Virus record (IMG/VR): IMGVR_UViG_3300045972_000070 | Coordinates: 1 to 36,821 of that record | Source of the DNA: a virus | Reading direction: 5' to 3' (one strand) | DNA length: 36,821 nucleotides | In this document: positions 32,094 to 36,821 of the stretch, in pieces | How positions within the stretch are numbered: the first letter of the stretch is position 1 | Layout: each line of letters begins with the position of its first letter | Translations under genes and position numbers: made by a program | The notes under the pieces: model-generated | The model's database searches: none | Told to the model about the DNA's origin: nothing | What the model saw: the letters and a program-made list of their open reading frames with translations, nothing else

Positions 32094-32246
32094 ATGATTG
32101 AAGAAAAAAGCGACAAAATGTTAAAGCCAACAAAAGACAAGTATTTTTTCCCCGATAGTGGTCGTGTCGTGGAAGCAGAGAGCCAAGAGGACGCAGAAAA
32201 AAAACTAAAGGAAATAAGTGAGAAAGTAATAATTAAAAATAAGTAA
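32094..32246 (+). CDS. Small (50 aa) hypothetical protein below the track cutoff.
   Basis: Translation is MIEEKSDKMLKPTKDKYFFPDSGRVVEAESQEDAEKKLKEISEKVIIKNK. It fills the gap before the major tail gene. Confidence 0.4.
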   Translation: MIEEKSDKMLKPTKDKYFFPDSGRVVEAESQEDAEKKLKEISEKVIIKNK

Positions 32247-32255
32247 TAAAATTAT

Positions 32256-33218
32256 ATGATTGGACGACAAATACAAGTAGGAATTGCAAAAGAAGCCACC
32301 CGAGGAACAGCAAGCGTTCCGACTTTTTGGATACCAAAAGAGGACGTGAGCGTGGACGACAAAATGACTTACGAAAACAATGACGAAAGTTATGGAATTA
32401 TCACGGACAGTTCCGACGCAGTTATTGTGAAACAACTTTCAGAGGGCGAAATTAAAGGAAAAGTTAGGGACAAATCATTTGGACTTATTCTTTTGGGAGC
32501 AATGGGAACAGTTGCAAGCGCAGTAAAAGAAACCACAGCGTACAACCACACTTTCACATTGGCAAACACCAACATACACCAGTCTTTGACAGTTGAGGTT
32601 AAAAATTCAGCAGAACAAATTGCATACGCATTGGCAATGGTAAAATCATTGAAAATAAATGTTGCAGTTGGAAAATTTGTTGAATACGCAATTGCTTTGA
32701 CAGCGAAAAAGGGAGTGACTGGGTCAGCAACACCTGCATACGTGACTGAAAATGAATTTATTGCCAAACACGCAACAATGAAAATTGCAACCAACCTTGC
32801 AGGACTTGCAGGCGCAACAGCAATTCCAGTTCGCAGTTTGGAACTTTCAATTGATAAAGGATTGACAGAGGAAATGGGGATTGGCTCAATTGACCCGATT
32901 GAAATTTACAATCAGGAATTTAAAGTTGAGGGAAACATTGAGGCAGAATACAAAGACGTTGCAACTTTCAAAACCGCATACGAAGCAGGAACATTGCAAT
33001 CATTGCAACTTACAATCGCAAATCCAAACGTGGTTGTTGGAGCAACAAGCAATCCGACAATTGTGATTACCTTGGCAAAAGTTTCTTTCCAAGATTTGAG
33101 TGTTTCAGGCGGAAACAAAGATATTGTGAAGCAGACAATTAAATTTAAGGGTCACTACTCATTGGCAGACAGCAAAATGTTGGATATTGTTTTGACTAAT
33201 GGTCAAGTTTCCTACTAA
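32256..33218 (+). CDS. Major tail (tube) protein.
   Basis: It is 320 aa and beta-rich. It lies directly upstream of the chaperone and tape measure genes. Confidence 0.65.
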   Translation: MIGRQIQVGIAKEATRGTASVPTFWIPKEDVSVDDKMTYENNDESYGIITDSSDAVIVKQLSEGEIKGKVRDKSFGLILLGAMGTVASAVKETTAYNHTFTLANTNIHQSLTVEVKNSAEQIAYALAMVKSLKINVAVGKFVEYAIALTAKKGVTGSATPAYVTENEFIAKHATMKIATNLAGLAGATAIPVRSLELSIDKGLTEEMGIGSIDPIEIYNQEFKVEGNIEAEYKDVATFKTAYEAGTLQSLQLTIANPNVVVGATSNPTIVITLAKVSFQDLSVSGGNKDIVKQTIKFKGHYSLADSKMLDIVLTNGQVSY

Positions 33219-33239
33219 TAACTTTTAAAAAACAAAGAA

Positions 33240-33608
33240 ATGCAACGAGAAACAAAGGAACTTACAACACAGAACGGCCACGCAGTGACGACAAAGGCGT
33301 GGCTCAACAAGGGCGAGGAATTGGAATTGATGAAATTCTTTGCTTCAAGAGCAAACGAAAAAGACGGGGAATACTCCGTGACCGACGCAGGGGCAATGAT
33401 TGATTATTACAAATTACTTGTGAGCATTTGGGTGCTTACTTTGGACGGGGAAAATGAAAACATATTGGAAAAAATGTTGGAATTGCGACCCGCAGACTAT
33501 GACGAAGTGATTGCTTTTATCACGGCGAATAAAGAAAAAACAGAGGAAAAAAAAACGAGCGACTTGACCAATATTGGGGACTTATCAGAACAGGAAAAGC
33601 AGATTTAA
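33240..33608 (+). CDS. Tail assembly chaperone (G-like, zero-frame product).
   Basis: An acidic 122-aa protein immediately before the tape measure gene. An A9 slippery tract lies near its 3' end. Confidence 0.65.
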   Translation: MQRETKELTTQNGHAVTTKAWLNKGEELELMKFFASRANEKDGEYSVTDAGAMIDYYKLLVSIWVLTLDGENENILEKMLELRPADYDEVIAFITANKEKTEEKKTSDLTNIGDLSEQEKQI

Positions 33609-33754
33609 GCCCCGAGTTGTCAATGACACGGCTTTGCAGGGATATGCACTGGACTTATGAGGAATATCTCGCACAGCCAGCGTGGTTTATTGACGATATG
33701 ATAATGATGAACTCGCAGGACGCAGAGTATTCACGTTCACTAAATAAAAAATAA
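33548..33754 (+). CDS. -1 frame extension giving the GT-like chaperone fusion (33240 to about 33554 joined to the -1 frame, ending at 33754).
   Basis: The -1 frame is open from 33533 to TAA 33752-33754. The slippery A_AAA_AAA lies within A9 (33547-33555). The extension encodes ...NERLDQYWGLIRTGKADLSPELSMTRLCRDMHWTYEEYLAQPAWFIDDMIMMNSQDAEYSRSLNKK. Confidence 0.55.
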   Translation, partial: KKNERLDQYWGLIRTGKADLSPELSMTRLCRDMHWTYEEYLAQPAWFIDDMIMMNSQDAEYSRSLNKK

Positions 33755-33758
33755 ACCA

Positions 33759-35768
33759 ATGGCAGAGCAAAAATTACAAATAGTCATTGACGCACAAAAC
33801 AATGCGCAGTCCCAATTTTCAAAACTTGGGAACACTTTAGTTGGCCTTGGTTTATCTTATGGGATTTTAAAAAAGGGAATTATAGACAGCATAACGGCTT
33901 TTGACGAGAGCGAGAAAGTAATGGCACAGACGAATGCGGTGTTGGCCTCCACAAAGGGCGTGGCGGGTATGTCAGCGTCGGCAGTTAGTGAATTGGCAAA
34001 GAGCATTCAAATGATGTCCACGTTTGACGACGAGGCCGTGCAAGGAGCGGAAAACCTTTTACTTACATTTACAAGCATTGGCAAAGACGTTTTTCCACAG
34101 GCCACACAGGCGGTGGTGGATATGTCACAGGCAATGGGACAGGATTTAAAAAGCACTTCAATACAGGTCGGCAAGGCATTGCAAGACCCGATTTTGGGTG
34201 TCACAGCGTTGAGGCGAGTTGGTGTGAACTTTAACAGCACACAGCAAGAAATGATTAAGAAAATGGTTGAAACGGGCAAGACAATGGACGCTCAAAAGTA
34301 TATTTTAAAAGAATTGGCAACAGAGTTCGGCGGAAGCGCAAGCGCACAACTAAACACGTTTGGAGGCAGAATGAAATGGCTTCAAAATCAGGTAGGGGAC
34401 GTCCAAGAGGTTTTGGGCGGTACTTTGGTCAACACACTCACAGCAATGGTGGGTGGCTTTAATATGAGCGCAGACGGGACAGTACAGGCGTTGGAGAGGG
34501 TCAAAAAATTCATTACAACTTGGTTGCCCGCAATTATGATTGGATTGCAAGCGACGTTTCAATTTATTGGGGTCGGGTTGTCTTTTATTGGCAACGGGGT
34601 ATTTGCTTTTGGGAAAATTTTGGTTGCAGTATTTCAGGACGCTTGGCAGACGATTAAGAATTTGGGAAGCGGGTTTGTGCAACTTGGGCAGGTTATAAAG
34701 CAGGTTATGACGGGAGATTTTGAGGGCGCTATGGCAGGATTTGCACAAATACAAGTTGTGGCGAGCGCAAAAACTCAACAAGCGATTGAAGAGGAAAGTT
34801 CAGTTATGGGAAATTTATGGGAGCAAATGAAAAGCGTTGGGACAGACGCAATGGATAATTACGCAAGGACACAGAATGTGGCAACAGGCGAAACCAAGGG
34901 AATGACAGGCGCAACAAAAGCGTTGGGCGAAAGCACGGAAGCAATGGGAAAAAAGATTGCGGACGGACAAAAGAAAATTGACGACTTGGTAAAGGCCTAT
35001 AAAAAAGCGGTGCAGGACGTAAAGAATGACATCAAAGATTTAAAGACTTCACTCAAAGACGATAACGAAAGTTCCGACAAGGATTTGGGGAAAAACATTG
35101 CGACTGAAATTGTTGCAAAGCAAAGCGAGGCAGAAAAATTGCGAGCCGAGATTGCAAAGGAGGGCGACGCAACAAAAAAGGCCGAACTGCAAGCGCAGTT
35201 GGACGATATTATGAAATTCTTGGGAAACCACAAGCAAGAGGAAGTGACATACGCCAAGGAAATTTTGGAAGCGAAAAAAGTTGCGGGATTGGATAGCATA
35301 CAACTTTTGCAATACCAACACGACCAAGAACAGATTGAAAGGGACGCACAGTTCAAAAAAGATATGGCGGATTTGAAGTCCAAATTAAACGAGGTCAAAA
35401 AAGAATACAAGGACAAATTCAAAGAACTCAAAAAGGAACTCAAAGACGCAGGGCTAGACCAATTGGAAATTAAAATTAAGGCGATTATTGAAACGATTAA
35501 AACGAGTTCAAGTTCAAGTCACAGAGCAGTAGGCGGAAGCGTCACGGGCGGGGAAAGTTATATGGTGGGCGAGAATGGTCCTGAAATGTTTACGCCAAAC
35601 GTGGGTGGGTCAATAAACAACAACCCGACAAGCAACAACAATGCCAAGACTGTTAATTTTTCGTTCAATTTTAGTGGGGCAATTGTTGGGGACAAAAATA
35701 GTTTGATTGCAGAGATTACCCGAGCAATAAACCGACAGCAAGAATTAACATCATTAGGCATACGATAA
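33759..35768 (+). CDS. Tail tape measure protein.
   Basis: It is 669 aa. The core region TFDDEAVQGAENLLLTFTSIGKDVFPQATQAVVDMSQAMGQDLKSTSIQVGKALQDPILGVTALRRVGVNF is followed by hydrophobic segments and a coiled coil. Confidence 0.85.
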   Translation: MAEQKLQIVIDAQNNAQSQFSKLGNTLVGLGLSYGILKKGIIDSITAFDESEKVMAQTNAVLASTKGVAGMSASAVSELAKSIQMMSTFDDEAVQGAENLLLTFTSIGKDVFPQATQAVVDMSQAMGQDLKSTSIQVGKALQDPILGVTALRRVGVNFNSTQQEMIKKMVETGKTMDAQKYILKELATEFGGSASAQLNTFGGRMKWLQNQVGDVQEVLGGTLVNTLTAMVGGFNMSADGTVQALERVKKFITTWLPAIMIGLQATFQFIGVGLSFIGNGVFAFGKILVAVFQDAWQTIKNLGSGFVQLGQVIKQVMTGDFEGAMAGFAQIQVVASAKTQQAIEEESSVMGNLWEQMKSVGTDAMDNYARTQNVATGETKGMTGATKALGESTEAMGKKIADGQKKIDDLVKAYKKAVQDVKNDIKDLKTSLKDDNESSDKDLGKNIATEIVAKQSEAEKLRAEIAKEGDATKKAELQAQLDDIMKFLGNHKQEEVTYAKEILEAKKVAGLDSIQLLQYQHDQEQIERDAQFKKDMADLKSKLNEVKKEYKDKFKELKKELKDAGLDQLEIKIKAIIETIKTSSSSSHRAVGGSVTGGESYMVGENGPEMFTPNVGGSINNNPTSNNNAKTVNFSFNFSGAIVGDKNSLIAEITRAINRQQELTSLGIR

Positions 35769-35769
35769 T

Positions 35770-36522
35770 ATGAATATCACATTTGATAACGTCGGATTGA
35801 ATAGCGCACCCTACGCAATAAAAGGGATAAACCACGAGGAAACTGCACCCCGCAATATCACGAGTTTTTCGTTGGCAAAAGAACGTGGAAGCATTATTGT
35901 GGACAGCAATTACAACAGCAAGACAATTCAGATTGAGGGAATTGTGAGTGGAAGCGACCCCGCCGACTTGGAAAATAAGATTGATACATTGAAAGAATTG
36001 ATGAGCCGAGAATTAAAAAACTTGGACATTGATTATGCGGGCGGAGTGAGGCGATACAAAGCGACTGTAAACAGTATGCAGATAAATAGGCAGTATTTCC
36101 ATTTGAATTATGCGCCTTTTACGGCGACGTTTGTTATTCCGAGCGGAGTTGGGGAAGCGATTACAATTACAAATCAGCAAATAACAGGAATTACAGACCC
36201 AAGCAAAACAGGGTCAACAACTATTTTGGGTACGGCCTTTCCAATGCCAACAATAAAATTAACTTTCACAGCAGTTTCAGCAGTGACGGCGGTTAGTTTT
36301 ACGGCAGGCGGAACAAAGATTACATATTCGGGAGCGATTTTGGTGAATGGGGTTTTGATAATTGACATTGAGAATAAAAAAGTTTCGTTGAACGGGTCGG
36401 AAAAAGATTACACGGGTATGTTTCCTGCGTTTGTTATTGGAAACAATGATTGGGTAATTGACGTCACAAGCACAAGTCACACATACAAATTGGATATTGA
36501 TTATTACAAAAAATACTTATGA
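35770..36522 (+). CDS. Distal tail protein (Dit).
   Basis: It lies right after the tape measure gene. The N-terminus MNITFDNVGLNSAPYAIKGINHEE...FSLAKERGSIIVDSNYNSKTIQIEGIV is typical of the siphovirus tail family. Confidence 0.7.
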   Translation: MNITFDNVGLNSAPYAIKGINHEETAPRNITSFSLAKERGSIIVDSNYNSKTIQIEGIVSGSDPADLENKIDTLKELMSRELKNLDIDYAGGVRRYKATVNSMQINRQYFHLNYAPFTATFVIPSGVGEAITITNQQITGITDPSKTGSTTILGTAFPMPTIKLTFTAVSAVTAVSFTAGGTKITYSGAILVNGVLIIDIENKKVSLNGSEKDYTGMFPAFVIGNNDWVIDVTSTSHTYKLDIDYYKKYL

Positions 36523-36821
36523 TTAGATATTGGGTTGGCGGAGCAGGAAACTGGGACGCAACAGATACAACACATTGGTCAGCGTCGTCAGGTGGCGCAG
36601 GTGGGCAGAGCGTTCCAGTAGCGGGCGATACTGTTTATTTGAACAATCTTTCGGGAGCGGGGACAGTATTGATTACTGCCCCAGTTTCTTGCGATTACAT
36701 TTACGGCGGAACTTCAAGCGTGAGTTTGGACACAAACAGTCAACCAATAACACTTACAATGTATTTTTCTTTTCAGAGTGGAGCGCTCACACGTTCGGTG
36801 TGGCTACGAAATAGTGCTATC
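36519..36821 (+). CDS. N-terminal part of the tail-tip (Tal-like) receptor-binding protein. The gene runs off the window end and continues at position 2.
   Basis: ATG 36519 overlaps the Dit stop (ATGA). Translation is MIRYWVGGAGNWDATDTTHWSASSGGAGGQSVPVAGDTVYLNN...SSVSLDTNSQPITLTMYF. This is the same frame as ORF 26..3358 when carried through the 127-bp overlap. The ORF track misses it because there is no stop inside the window. Confidence 0.8.
   Translation, partial: MIRYWVGGAGNWDATDTTHWSASSGGAGGQSVPVAGDTVYLNNLSGAGTVLITAPVSCDYIYGGTSSVSLDTNSQPITLTMYFSFQSGALTRSVWLRNSAI
36695..36821. repeat. Right copy of the 127-bp terminal overlap.
   Basis: Identical to 1-127. The window ends exactly where the repeat ends. 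Confidence 0.95.

Noticed and set aside
36530-36814. Track ORF of 94 aa (MGWRSRKLGRNRY...) at the right end of the window.
   Set aside because: It is an Arg/Trp-rich shadow frame. The frame starting at ATG 36519 gives a sensible protein and is continuous with ORF 26..3358 across the terminal overlap.
1-36821. A search for CRISPR arrays, diversity-generating retroelements (RT plus TR/VR), integrase/excisionase, a CI/Cro-type divergent switch, and toxin-antitoxin or known defence modules.
   Set aside because: I saw no spaced direct-repeat array. No ORF has reverse-transcriptase (YxDD) or tyrosine/serine recombinase signatures. There are no divergently transcribed genes at all. The two tail-collar paralogs differ throughout rather than in an adenine-specific VR pattern.

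Overview
The window is a complete, circularly closed genome of a tailed dsDNA phage. Bases 1-127 are identical to 36695-36821, giving a unit length of 36,694 bp. Every convincing gene is on the + strand. Genes are tightly packed, with many ATGA/TAATG start-stop overlaps.

Gene order, starting after the contig junction:
- Tail tip, fibre and receptor-binding module (36519 through the junction to about 10059). It contains a 1,177-aa Tal-like protein, two tail-collar paralogs, a collagen-like fibre and a 516-aa propeller-like protein.
- Lysis cassette (10315-11005), followed by a terminator.
- Early region driven by duplicated near-consensus TTGACA-N17-TATAAT promoters (11228, 13292).
- Recombination and replication genes: ERF annealase, NinB-like protein, and a replication organizer with internal iterons.
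- Nucleases: PD-(D/E)xK-like, HNH and VRR-NUC.
- One tRNA with a CAT anticodon.
- A ParB-like plus radical-SAM gene pair.
- Morphogenesis genes: TerS-like, TerL, portal fused to a MuF-like domain, HK97-type protease with a scaffold-like tail, HK97-fold major capsid protein, head-tail connectors, major tail protein, G/GT chaperone, tape measure and Dit.

I saw no integrase, repressor/excisionase pair, reverse transcriptase, polymerase or CRISPR array. The phage looks non-integrating. The genetic code appears standard, since TGA, TAA and TAG all terminate good ORFs.

The most unusual observations are:
1. A8-A10 homopolymer tracts sit exactly at domain junctions of four structural genes. The A10 at the portal/MuF junction has stop codons in both alternative frames.
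2. A roughly 200-nt intergenic region between terL and the portal gene carries four hairpins, three capped by GNRA/UNCG tetraloops. It ends in a U8 terminator abutting the portal ATG.
3. A translationally coupled ParB-like and SplB-like radical-SAM pair.
4. Iteron-type repeats lie inside the replication gene.
5. Most genes have no Shine-Dalgarno sequence, with a few strong exceptions.

All functional calls come from motif recognition by eye. No database search was run.
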